From a virus: 64,000 bases of DNA. The notes below the pieces were generated by a model. The model did not search any database. It was given only the letters and a program-made list of their open reading frames with translations, and had not been told where the DNA came from. Positions 17,916 through 26,740 of this stretch are shown one piece after another. The position numbers and the translations under genes are program-made. Positions within the stretch are counted from its first letter, which is position 1, and each line of letters opens with the position of its first letter. Where the stretch lies: the IMG/VR virus record IMGVR_UViG_3300042922_000661, positions 1 to 64,000 of that record. One strand, 5' to 3'.

Positions 17916-19658
17916 TTAGCTTGCAGCGACTGGGGCAGCAGCGGCTTCAGGTGCGGCTTCGCCTTCGATCTTCAGGCCGGTCAGCATGTCGTATGAGCCA
18001 ACTTTGGCGTTGGTCAGCGTCAGCTTGGCGAAGTAGTTTTCGCCGTTACGCGGGTGCAGCTCGTTGAGGGAAGAGCCCCATAGCGTGGTGCGGTTGACCA
18101 GCGACGGGTTGGTTTCGTGGACATACGGGATAGCCGGTACAGCGTCACCCGCGATCAGGCCAGCGTCACCGATGGAATCACCGCGGCCGTAGAACAGAAT
18201 GTCTTCTTTACCCAGCGCCACGCCGTTCTTCACGAACTGCTCACAGATAGCGGCAGGCACTTCGAAGATCTGGTAAATACCAAACAGGGTGCCGATGCGC
18301 TGGATGTATGGCGACTGCACGAAGTTAGGGTCTGCCTGGAAGACATTTGACGGCAGGCTTTTCAGGAAATTAGCCGCCTCACCACCAGCAAAGCCGCCAC
18401 GGATACCGGCCTTACGGGTACGGTTCACCATATCGGTGCTCAGCTGGGTAACGACGTGCTTCAGCAGTCCTACCCACGATTCGTAGGTCTGGCCCTCTGG
18501 CAGCGCTACGTCAAATGCACGGGAATAAACGTTGTGGAACGCCATAGTGCGCAGACGCATCATGTCCTGCTCATGGCTCAGCCAGTTACGCATAGCGGTG
18601 AACTGGGTAGATGAGAGGTTGATACCAAACTCACGGCTCAGATCGGACGCGGCCATAACAGTGTGCTCAGACGCGATAACGAACTGCGAAGGTTTGATGG
18701 TGAACTCACGCATGGACTGGTTAATTACCGGGATCAGACCTGGCGATTTCTCGACGTTGATCTCAACCTGTGCAGCCAGCTCGGTGCCTTTAGCCGGTGC
18801 GTCCGTGAAGGTCACAGCGATGGTGCCTTTGTCGTAATCGACCTTACAGGTAGCCGAAAACACGTTGCCTTTAACGTCGGAATCGGAGAAGTACAGGTTG
18901 CCGTCGCCGTCATCGACTTTGCCCGGACGACGGTTGATCAGCAGCTTGGAGCGACCCATACGGATCGGCATATCCGCACCTTCAACGGCTTTCATTGAGA
19001 AGGTGAAGGTTTTCTTGGTGCCGTCTGGCTGCATAGCAGCAGGGAACAGGTACAGGCGCTTCATCTGCGAGTAAACAGCAGCTGACTGCATGTGCATTTC
19101 ATCGCCCTGCTCAAATGAGCCGAACTTGGTACCAGCAACGTTCAGCAGTTCGTAGATCTTCGCTTCGTCACGCTCACACGGGACAAAGGTACATGCGTCG
19201 CTGGTAGCAGCGCCCAGCACCGCAGGCAGGATTAGCGCGGCAAACTGCGCCTGGCGCATAACGCCATCAGAGGTGCGCATGTCAGCTGCCACAGACTCAA
19301 ACATCGCCTTGCCGTTGCCTTCGTGCTTGTCAGCCGCTGATTCGATCATCAGGTTTTCCAGCGCACGGCTGGCGTTGGCCAGCTGGTCAGCTGGTGGATA
19401 GTGACCATGGCGCTCTTTGTACTCGATCATGCTCGACGCCCACGCAGTACCTACCACACGGCAGAACTCCGGGTTAGCGCCTTCAAACATCGGATCCTGG
19501 CTTGCAGCTGCGCCAATGTTCACGGACAGCTCACGACGATCAGCGATCACCGCGCCTGACGCATTGCGCTGCGCATCAACGGTAAAAGCCATAACGCGCG
19601 AGGCGCGGGTCATGATGTCCTGCTCACGCAAACGTGCAGGGGTAATATCTTTGCTCAC
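17916..19658 (-). CDS. Major capsid protein precursor (gp23-like)
   Basis: 580 aa; first gene of the late operon upstream of the sheath; MFES motif shared with the gp21-like protein (possible protease site). Confidence 0.85.
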   Translation of the reverse strand: MSKDITPARLREQDIMTRASRVMAFTVDAQRNASGAVIADRRELSVNIGAAASQDPMFEGANPEFCRVVGTAWASSMIEYKERHGHYPPADQLANASRALENLMIESAADKHEGNGKAMFESVAADMRTSDGVMRQAQFAALILPAVLGAATSDACTFVPCERDEAKIYELLNVAGTKFGSFEQGDEMHMQSAAVYSQMKRLYLFPAAMQPDGTKKTFTFSMKAVEGADMPIRMGRSKLLINRRPGKVDDGDGNLYFSDSDVKGNVFSATCKVDYDKGTIAVTFTDAPAKGTELAAQVEINVEKSPGLIPVINQSMREFTIKPSQFVIASEHTVMAASDLSREFGINLSSTQFTAMRNWLSHEQDMMRLRTMAFHNVYSRAFDVALPEGQTYESWVGLLKHVVTQLSTDMVNRTRKAGIRGGFAGGEAANFLKSLPSNVFQADPNFVQSPYIQRIGTLFGIYQIFEVPAAICEQFVKNGVALGKEDILFYGRGDSIGDAGLIAGDAVPAIPYVHETNPSLVNRTTLWGSSLNELHPRNGENYFAKLTLTNAKVGSYDMLTGLKIEGEAAPEAAAAPVAAS

Positions 19659-19709
19659 ATTTCAGCCCTTTATTCAGGGCGCGGCTGCGAGGGAATTTTT
19701 GACGAGGCA

Positions 19710-19730
19710 AATTTATTCGGTTTGTACTTT
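19710..19730 (-). promoter_or_regulatory. Putative late promoter of the capsid/tail operon
   Basis: AAAGTACAAAC-CGAA-TAAATT on the minus strand. Confidence 0.65.
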
Positions 19731-19760
19731 GCGATGTGAAAGAGGCAAGAGAAAGTTTTA

Positions 19761-19785
19761 AATTCTAAGGAAAGTTTTTAGATTT
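19761..19785. promoter_or_regulatory. Candidate C1-type operator pair
   Basis: AATTCTAA-GGAAAGTTT-TTAGATTT inverted TCTAA cores upstream of ORF 19828; AATTCTAAGGA recurs upstream of c1. Confidence 0.4.
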
Positions 19786-19827
19786 TGATGTACCTTTCCG
19801 GCATGTAATTGACCACTGGTAAACCTC

Positions 19828-20232
19828 ATGTCTTATAAGCTCTATTTTCAGTACGCAAACGGCTCTAAATCTCACACATTAGCGACTGGTAGCCAGCGCG
19901 ATGCACGCCATCACTTGGACTATTTATTAAGCGAAAAAGAGCCTCGTTCGCTGGCTAAGCAGATCATCATCATGTACGGCGCTGAAATCATCATGGAGGC
20001 ATGCCCAACATTAGAAGACGACGCTATCCGTGACATGGCCCGCTGGCGCAGGGCAGGCAATACGCAGCAGATGCACAATCCGGTAACGGCCTCGATCTAC
20101 ATGCCTTTGGTAGCACGAGAATTTCTGATCAAAGAGGGTGACGGTTCCCTGGCGGCGGGCATGCGTAAAATCATGTTGGATATTGGCGGGCCAGACGTGG
20201 CGACAGCATACATGGCGGAAAAAACTTTTTAG
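19828..20232 (+). CDS. Hypothetical protein, possible C-terminal ribbon-helix-helix domain
   Basis: 134 aa; SIYMP...EGDGSLAAGMRK pattern; hairpin downstream at ~20284-20308. Confidence 0.55.
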   Translation: MSYKLYFQYANGSKSHTLATGSQRDARHHLDYLLSEKEPRSLAKQIIIMYGAEIIMEACPTLEDDAIRDMARWRRAGNTQQMHNPVTASIYMPLVAREFLIKEGDGSLAAGMRKIMLDIGGPDVATAYMAEKTF

Positions 20233-20319
20233 TTTGAACGCAAATCAGCCTGAAAAGTGATTTTAGTAATTAATTTGTTGTTGAAAAAAGCCGCTATTAC
20301 AGCGGCTATAATTATTCTA

Positions 20320-21975
20320 TTAAAGAACCTTGTTAGGAGTAACAATTTCAAAGTCATCAGGTGAGACACCAAACGTTTGAATAAACGCACTTTTAGCCCA
20401 ATCCTCCATTTCTTCGCTACTATAGCTTTTGGAAAGCCAATTATAGTTATATTTAAATTCTCCTGGCGCTGAAATCCATTGCTGGCAAAGATCGAAAAGA
20501 GCCACAGCGAGATAGAAATCCCCGGCAGTATCTTCAAGTGTTCTCTCATCTATACCAGGCAGCATGGAAGGAGCAATATCCATATTGATATTTTCTTTAA
20601 ACAATGCTTGATGCTTAACATAAAGATAATCGGAAACATTACTCCTTCTTTCACCCTCTATATATGCACCAGGCCAACAAAAGAACTCAGGATTATTTGC
20701 CTTATCTCTTTGGAAACTTAGAAATCTTGCAAAAATTAAACGGACCAGTAGATTTCCCTGTTCAAAAGAAAACTCTTCATTCTCTTTCATCAATTTTTCA
20801 ATACTCTCTTCAGTTTCAAACCACTCTTCGAACTTGCTCAAATATTCTATTGGTGGGACTACGCCGATGGCCTCACATAGCAGGGTAGAAATAACCCAGT
20901 ACTTTTCTGCTGAATAGTCATCAATCAATTCTTTAAATTCAGGAAATTGATTTTTAACCACGGCGCAAAGATGAATGAACCTTATACCAGGATCTGTATG
21001 TTCAATAAAAAGCTCAAAATTATCAATACCACAAGGAAAACCCTCTGCAGGATTTATTGCAATGTCAATTAGCAATAAAAAAAGCGCCACTAACGGACTA
21101 TCGACACTCTTAGGTTTTTTTTCATCAAGAATGTCTAAGAAAACATTGAATGCAGAGATATAAACGCCATGCAACATGCCAGCCTGTTTAAACTGATAAA
21201 AATCTAAACTTTTATTCGAAATAATATGAAGATAAAGCATCTGGTTGAATCTGGCTTGACCTTCATATAGATCTGACAAACCAATAGGAGGAATCCCTAT
21301 ATTTTCCCCTTGATAAAAACCACTTACCTTTCTATCGATCAAATCATTGAAATTTTCTTCCCATGAAGTGGGATTGGGAAGGAATGAAAATTTATTATCA
21401 AAAGTAGTTGCAAGAATCCCTATGGCTGCTCCGTATGCTATGCTATAGGAGTGCCCAACTGAATGAAAGCCTGGATCGTTGCATACCTGAGCGATAAGAC
21501 TCGGCCTTTTCATCCTTATTATATAATAATTTATATCATGATAATTATTTAATATTTGATTGAGCACCATAAACTCACGAACATCAGTATTATCTGGCCT
21601 AGGGTGATTATCGCTATAAATCACGATAGGCTTTTTATTTCCACTTAATACAATATGCTCTTTCAAAAACTGCAGGTTGAACATTGTTTGCGCTGGCATA
21701 CTTAGGCTCATAATTAAGCCCGATGTTGAACCAATGAACTGCCACCAATGCATTGTTTCGTGAAAGAGAGTAGATAATGCCTGATGAATTTCACCGGGCG
21801 TTAAATCACCTGTATCTTTTGCTTCAACTTGGTAAAGAATATCATGGACCTTGGGATTTAATCGTAATACAAAAATAACATGGTTATAGACACCATGAAT
21901 CGAAGTCGTGGGGTCTATCGGGTCACGTGCATCGTTGAGCTGTGCGTCGTTCAGTAATGCAGGATCAAGTTGCAT
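20320..21975 (-). CDS. AT-rich accessory protein with HExxH metallopeptidase motif
   Basis: 551 aa; HETMH plus downstream YEGQA (gluzincin-like third ligand); AAGGA SD. Confidence 0.7.
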   Translation of the reverse strand: MQLDPALLNDAQLNDARDPIDPTTSIHGVYNHVIFVLRLNPKVHDILYQVEAKDTGDLTPGEIHQALSTLFHETMHWWQFIGSTSGLIMSLSMPAQTMFNLQFLKEHIVLSGNKKPIVIYSDNHPRPDNTDVREFMVLNQILNNYHDINYYIIRMKRPSLIAQVCNDPGFHSVGHSYSIAYGAAIGILATTFDNKFSFLPNPTSWEENFNDLIDRKVSGFYQGENIGIPPIGLSDLYEGQARFNQMLYLHIISNKSLDFYQFKQAGMLHGVYISAFNVFLDILDEKKPKSVDSPLVALFLLLIDIAINPAEGFPCGIDNFELFIEHTDPGIRFIHLCAVVKNQFPEFKELIDDYSAEKYWVISTLLCEAIGVVPPIEYLSKFEEWFETEESIEKLMKENEEFSFEQGNLLVRLIFARFLSFQRDKANNPEFFCWPGAYIEGERRSNVSDYLYVKHQALFKENINMDIAPSMLPGIDERTLEDTAGDFYLAVALFDLCQQWISAPGEFKYNYNWLSKSYSSEEMEDWAKSAFIQTFGVSPDDFEIVTPNKVL

Positions 21976-22123
21976 GTCATCATCCTTGTATGAAATAAAG
22001 TTTTAATCACTCTACTCACAAAATCTGAAAAACTAAAGCATTAGAGGTTTTAATAAATAAAGCCGTTCACAGACACTAATCGTTGCCTGTTGATCTGTGA
22101 GCGGCTTCAAAATTTACAGTGAG

Positions 22124-22426
22124 TTACAGGCGGGAGTTGTGGTCCGATATCAGCTCATTGCGCCGGTTGCACTCATCGACTATTGTCAGGATTCCCGCCA
22201 CATAAGCGGGCAGCTTGTCGGTGAATCCGGGTATATTTTCATCCACCTGGCACGGCTGGTAAGCCTGCGCTTTTTGAGGCGGCAGCTCCACCAACTTTGT
22301 TACCGTCACGACTTCGGGAATTAACGGCGCGGGCTTTGTCCCGGAGCATGCGAATAACGCTGGCAGGCAAAGCAGTATGGCTAATGCCAGAAAGCAATAT
22401 CGCACGGTTGATCTCTTCAATTTCAT
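22124..22426 (-). CDS. mlp: Outer-membrane spanin-like lipoprotein (Mlp-like)
   Basis: ATG at 22426 with GAGGA SD; signal peptide ending in lipobox LFA-C; Pro-rich; overlaps the upstream gene in another frame. Confidence 0.75.
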   Translation of the reverse strand: MKLKRSTVRYCFLALAILLCLPALFACSGTKPAPLIPEVVTVTKLVELPPQKAQAYQPCQVDENIPGFTDKLPAYVAGILTIVDECNRRNELISDHNSRL

Positions 22427-22763
22427 TTTGACTATCCTCTTTGAGTTTCTGTAGATCCTGCTCCAGCTGCGCCTGTTTCTGCGCGTATTCCAGACGTTCC
22501 TTTTCCCGCTTATCCAGCGTCTGCTGCAGCGTGACCAGTTGCGCCTGCTGCTCTGAAAGCGAGGATTTAAGGGTGCTGTTATTGCCGGTGAGCGTTTGGT
22601 TATTGGCGGTAAGCGTGCTGTTAGCTGATTCCAGTTGTGCCACGTGCGCAAAATGGTCCTTAACGGTCACGTAAACCTTGTGGCCCAGCATCAGCAGAGC
22701 CGTGCAGAGCGCCACGGCTACGGCGCGTTTAAGCCAGCCGGTGAGAGAGATTTCACTGAACAT
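22239..22763 (-). CDS. ppfA: Inner-membrane spanin-like protein (PpfA-like)
   Basis: 174 aa; N-terminal TM helix followed by a long coiled coil. Confidence 0.75.
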   Translation of the reverse strand: MFSEISLTGWLKRAVAVALCTALLMLGHKVYVTVKDHFAHVAQLESANSTLTANNQTLTGNNSTLKSSLSEQQAQLVTLQQTLDKREKERLEYAQKQAQLEQDLQKLKEDSQNEIEEINRAILLSGISHTALPASVIRMLRDKARAVNSRSRDGNKVGGAAASKSAGLPAVPGG

Positions 22764-22765
22764 GG

Positions 22766-23539
22766 TTATTCCTGTTTAAGCGCAGCCATAACGGCTGCGG
22801 GCATGATGGTGCTGACTGCCGGACCCATAACAGGATCGGTAATCAGGCTGGCAGTCAACGCAATAGCAATGGCATCAGACAGCGCCTTTCTGGCCGTGCT
22901 GGTGGAGGTGTTTACCTGATCGGCAATGCCGGTTAGCGCCGTTGCACTGGCCGGAAGGGGAGAAAACAACGCATCAAGCACGGCGGTGGCGTTTTTCAGT
23001 GCGGCAATCTCGTCATCGGTAAGCGCCGGTGCGACTACAGGTGAGGCAGCACTCGCATCCGCTGGCGCGGCAGCTGCACCGACCTTTGCGTTTACCGCAT
23101 TCATTGCCGCGGTGAGCGCGGACAGCGATACGCCCAGTAGCAGTTCGTTTAACGCATCCGGAGTCGTCTGATCCCCCATTGCCGCCACCAGCGCGAACGG
23201 TGGCGACGGAGACAGGCGATTACCCTTCACATGGCATTCCCATCCGTTTTTCAGCTGCACCAGCTCTGACGGGGTGCTGAACGGCTTAACGGCGGCAACA
23301 AAAGCCGCAGCAGCGTCCGCAACCCCGTCAATAACCGTCGCATAGCCCACCAGTTTTGCCGCATCATCAGAGACGCTGGCCGGGTAGGTTGCGCCCGCCA
23401 GCGGCAGCGCCCGGACAGACTCCGCCAGCTGGGTAGCAACAGCCTGGAGACCTTCACACACTACAACCGGTGCAGGCGTCACCACGCCAGATGCGGAAAG
23501 GGCAGCGAAGGCGCTTATCTGGTTGTCGTTATCGAGCAT
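22766..23539 (-). CDS. upfB: Ala-rich UpfB-like protein
   Basis: 257 aa between the PAAR gene and the ppfA-like gene, as in P1. Confidence 0.6.
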   Translation of the reverse strand: MLDNDNQISAFAALSASGVVTPAPVVVCEGLQAVATQLAESVRALPLAGATYPASVSDDAAKLVGYATVIDGVADAAAAFVAAVKPFSTPSELVQLKNGWECHVKGNRLSPSPPFALVAAMGDQTTPDALNELLLGVSLSALTAAMNAVNAKVGAAAAPADASAASPVVAPALTDDEIAALKNATAVLDALFSPLPASATALTGIADQVNTSTSTARKALSDAIAIALTASLITDPVMGPAVSTIMPAAVMAALKQE

Positions 23540-23824
23540 CTACTTAACCTCAAATCCGGCTTCGCCTGTGGCAACAACGGATCCGCATGAAACCGGATCG
23601 TTGACACAAACAATGCCCTTGCCGTTGATGGTGAACCACGGACGGCCTGTAACCGCCGTGCCGTTATGAGTGCTATTGCCGTCTGTGTGATCCGGAAACA
23701 GCTTGCCGTCCACCAGCACGGGTTTGCCGTTGATAGTGAGTCCCGCGTCAGCCTCGGCGGTCTGGCGCGAGGGGAAGCTGTCGTGTCCGGAACATACGGA
23801 ATCCAGCGTACCGGCAGCAGGCAT
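23540..23824 (-). CDS. upfC: PAAR-like spike tip protein (UpfC-like)
   Basis: 94 aa; C.GH, INGKP, H....STH and D.VSCGS motifs. Confidence 0.85.
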   Translation of the reverse strand: MPAAGTLDSVCSGHDSFPSRQTAEADAGLTINGKPVLVDGKLFPDHTDGNSTHNGTAVTGRPWFTINGKGIVCVNDPVSCGSVVATGEAGFEVK

Positions 23825-23861
23825 CAGACCGCCCCGGCGCCGGAGCGCATTTGATTGGCCA

Positions 23862-24440
23862 TTACGACTCCATCAGCTCGTAGAAATCATCCGGGCTATC
23901 GCTGAAGGTTACGAAGAGGCCCAGCCAGACAGCGCGGCTTGCATCAGTGATGTAGCGCGACAGTTTTACGGTACTCAGTACCTTCTCAACCCACTTGGTC
24001 TGCGTGTGCTGGTCAGCAGGTGACATTTCATTCCATTTATCTGTAGGCATTTCACGGGCCAGGTTAAGGGCACAAATAGCGGACCACATGACTGGCATCA
24101 GCTGGATAATTTCCGGTTCGTCAGGCAGGGAGTCTTTCATGTCGATATAGAACTCAGTCGCCGCCTGGCACACGTAGGTAGGGACCAGCATGTAACGGTG
24201 CTCAGGACGCATGGCCATCATGCGCACGCGGGTATCTTCCGCCGTGGCATTCGCCATAACCTGTTCGATCATGGTATTGCGCGTGGAGCGCTGCGACGGA
24301 GTGAGACGCCAGTACGGCGTTTCAATCAGCATCAGCATTTCACGGGAATAGCTGTATTCGTACTGAAACTGAGGATCTTCGCGCAATGCCATTGTCAGGT
24401 TATGGAATAGCTCAAAATGCGTTGTTTTACGGTTGCTCAT
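23862..24440 (-). CDS. Hypothetical phage protein
   Basis: 192-aa ORF with GGA SD, first gene after a late-promoter motif. Confidence 0.6.
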   Translation of the reverse strand: MSNRKTTHFELFHNLTMALREDPQFQYEYSYSREMLMLIETPYWRLTPSQRSTRNTMIEQVMANATAEDTRVRMMAMRPEHRYMLVPTYVCQAATEFYIDMKDSLPDEPEIIQLMPVMWSAICALNLAREMPTDKWNEMSPADQHTQTKWVEKVLSTVKLSRYITDASRAVWLGLFVTFSDSPDDFYELMES

Positions 24441-24471
24441 AATTCATCCGTTCAAGGTTTGATGAGCAGGC

Positions 24472-24492
24472 AGAATAAGGGGTTTGTAATTT
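24472..24492 (-). promoter_or_regulatory. Putative late promoter of the PAAR/spanin operon
   Basis: AAATTACAAAC-CCCT-TATTCT on the minus strand. Confidence 0.7.
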
Positions 24493-24634
24493 AGGATGGA
24501 TAACGGCTCCTATCCGGAAAGATTTTAAAGTATAAAAGTTTTATAAAAATCACTTCATGTTTTCGGTATTTTCCCCGTATAGTCTGGCTTCGCGGCAGGT
24601 GGTGCCGACGCTTACAGAGGAAGAGGAACGTAAA

Positions 24635-25024
24635 ATGAACGATGTTTATGGAAGAATGATCCCCACTGCTGGCCTGCCTATCAACAAGACTATAATGGCG
24701 TCATCCGAAAGGACCGGCGTGCAGCTGCTGGACTGCGGCAAAGACTGCCTGGGGCGTTATGAAGTGATTGCTAACAATGTGCTGGTGGCCTGCACTGACG
24801 ATTACACAAAAGCGCGTGACTACTATTTCAGTGAAACCAGCCGTATCAGCGCTGAAAGTCAGACCGCTTACAATGTAAGGGTCAGAGAGGCGCAAGCAGC
24901 AGGCCTCACCGGCTACCTGTTTCGGGATTATGCCTGTGAACGCATGACGCTGAGCGAGGCGCTGATACTACTTAATACGCCGAGCGGCATCCCGGCTGGA
25001 TTATTACCTGTTAATCAGCCCTAA
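24635..25024 (+). CDS. Hypothetical protein
   Basis: ATG at 24635 preceded by GAGGAA; the ORF track starts it at 24557. Confidence 0.55.
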   Translation: MNDVYGRMIPTAGLPINKTIMASSERTGVQLLDCGKDCLGRYEVIANNVLVACTDDYTKARDYYFSETSRISAESQTAYNVRVREAQAAGLTGYLFRDYACERMTLSEALILLNTPSGIPAGLLPVNQP

Positions 25025-25299
25025 TGCTCTATATCGTCATTCACACTCTTAACCGGATCTGTCATTTACTCAAAAATGCTTATAGCTAAAAAATGTAGTA
25101 TACAATTTGTATATACTAGTAACGCAGATAAGATAATGTTAAAAGATGGAGAGTGTACTGAGAAAAATTATTTTTTCTCTTCTGTGTGGTAACTTGAGTC
25201 ATTAGTATTTCCCGACTAAAACTTTCAAAATTACCACATAAAGTCTAACAGGTTAAAATAAAAAAGAACGATGGGTTTACACACTGTAATCTATCAATA

Positions 25300-26700
25300 G
25301 TGAAATCTTACAAGGTAGTTAAAATGAGCCAACTAAACAGTCAATCTGATTTCCTTAAAGGCTTTACCCATGAAAATGATATTTTTAAAAGAGTAAACTT
25401 CTATCAAAGCCTACTTAAAATAATAATAAACTCACCGGAAAAAAATCTAGTTTTTGCACTTGATGACCGGTGGGGGCAAGGAAAGACAAGTTTTGTAAAA
25501 ATGATGCACGGAGAAATAAATAAAGACCCAGAAAGCAATCTCAATGTGATATATTTTGATGCATATGAAAACGACTATTACTCAGACCCATTCATTCCTA
25601 TAGTTGCTGAATTTCATGCGCTTTTTAGCGAGCCAAATAGTAAGCTGAATGCTTATAAAGATTCTTTCTTGTCAGTGTCCAAACGGGTAGGGGCTGCAGC
25701 ACTTATTGGAACATTAAAAGCTGTAATCACGACATCAACCGCTAGTATAGTTGATGGTGGCAAGGTGATTGATGCTGCCGTTGATGCTGCTAAAAGCACC
25801 TCAGATGACTTGACAAACAGCCTCCAGGCTTACGTTGAAAAGAAAATAACTGCAGCAAAAGAAGAGAAAGCTGACATAGCTACCTTTAAAAAAACTCTGA
25901 GTGATATTCACGAAAAATCAGGGAAGAAAACTATTTTTATCATCGATGAGTTAGATAGAGCAAAACCTGATTTTTCCCTTGATTTGCTTGAGAAAATAAA
26001 ACATCTTTTTTCTGTGGAGGGGGTTATTTTTATATTAGTTATGAATAAAGGACAGTTTGAAAAATGCATTGAAAAAAGATACGGAAGCATTGATTCAAAA
26101 TTATACCTTAATAAATTCATAAACTATTTCATAACTTTGCCAAAAACTAAAAACTCTGACATTGACATTAATGATCCGACGATTAAGACAACTATATATA
26201 ATTATATAAGAGTCATGCCAGAAGCGAACAAGCTTTTTGATATAGGTTCAGTTATTCACATTAGTTTAAGTTACCTAATTGAAATTAACAACTGTTCGCT
26301 TAGAGAAGCTGAGCGGTGCATTTCCTTAATGAATTTATTTTCTAACAAAAGCGGCAAAATAGAATATAACATGACCTATTCAGTCGCTCTGTCAATGATG
26401 ATTTTTTTGAAAGTATATGACCCAACGCTCCTTGAAAATTTTCTAGCCAAAAAAGATCAAGCCGGTTTCATTTTGCGGCAGTTACAGCTTGAGTCAGCCC
26501 AAGAGTTAATTCCATCAACTGCAAAAATACATAGCATCATGCAAAATTTAATAAAGTTCCATTACTACACCCGTTCTGAAGTAGAAACGAATATAAAGAG
26601 AATAACAGAAACCTTACGCGACTTGCTGGCCCATTCCCATTATCCGTCTAATCCATTTCTATATTTTAAAGATAGCTTTGATAAATTTTCAATTGAGTAG
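25300..26700 (+). CDS. KAP-family P-loop NTPase
   Basis: Walker A DDRWGQGKTS, FDAYENDY, Walker B IFIIDELDR, YLNKFI; AT-rich; the start may be ATG 25324. Confidence 0.9.
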   Translation: MKSYKVVKMSQLNSQSDFLKGFTHENDIFKRVNFYQSLLKIIINSPEKNLVFALDDRWGQGKTSFVKMMHGEINKDPESNLNVIYFDAYENDYYSDPFIPIVAEFHALFSEPNSKLNAYKDSFLSVSKRVGAAALIGTLKAVITTSTASIVDGGKVIDAAVDAAKSTSDDLTNSLQAYVEKKITAAKEEKADIATFKKTLSDIHEKSGKKTIFIIDELDRAKPDFSLDLLEKIKHLFSVEGVIFILVMNKGQFEKCIEKRYGSIDSKLYLNKFINYFITLPKTKNSDIDINDPTIKTTIYNYIRVMPEANKLFDIGSVIHISLSYLIEINNCSLREAERCISLMNLFSNKSGKIEYNMTYSVALSMMIFLKVYDPTLLENFLAKKDQAGFILRQLQLESAQELIPSTAKIHSIMQNLIKFHYYTRSEVETNIKRITETLRDLLAHSHYPSNPFLYFKDSFDKFSIE

Positions 26701-26740
26701 GGTGCATTAAAGAATCCCCGCCAGCAGCGGGGACTCTTGT

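Noticed and set aside
790-19662. ATG-TGA start-stop overlapping the GTG starts of lydA and the capsid gene
   Set aside because: Only two cases and only two extra matching bases are needed; other late genes lack it, so chance cannot be excluded.
8262-19761. Many 60-285-aa plus-strand ORFs opposite the structural genes
   Set aside because: Antisense shadows of GC-rich, Ala/Gly-rich coding sequence; no SD or domain signal.
22427-22651. 5' part of the 175-aa ORF 22124-22651
   Set aside because: The lipoprotein signal peptide and SD place the real start at 22426.
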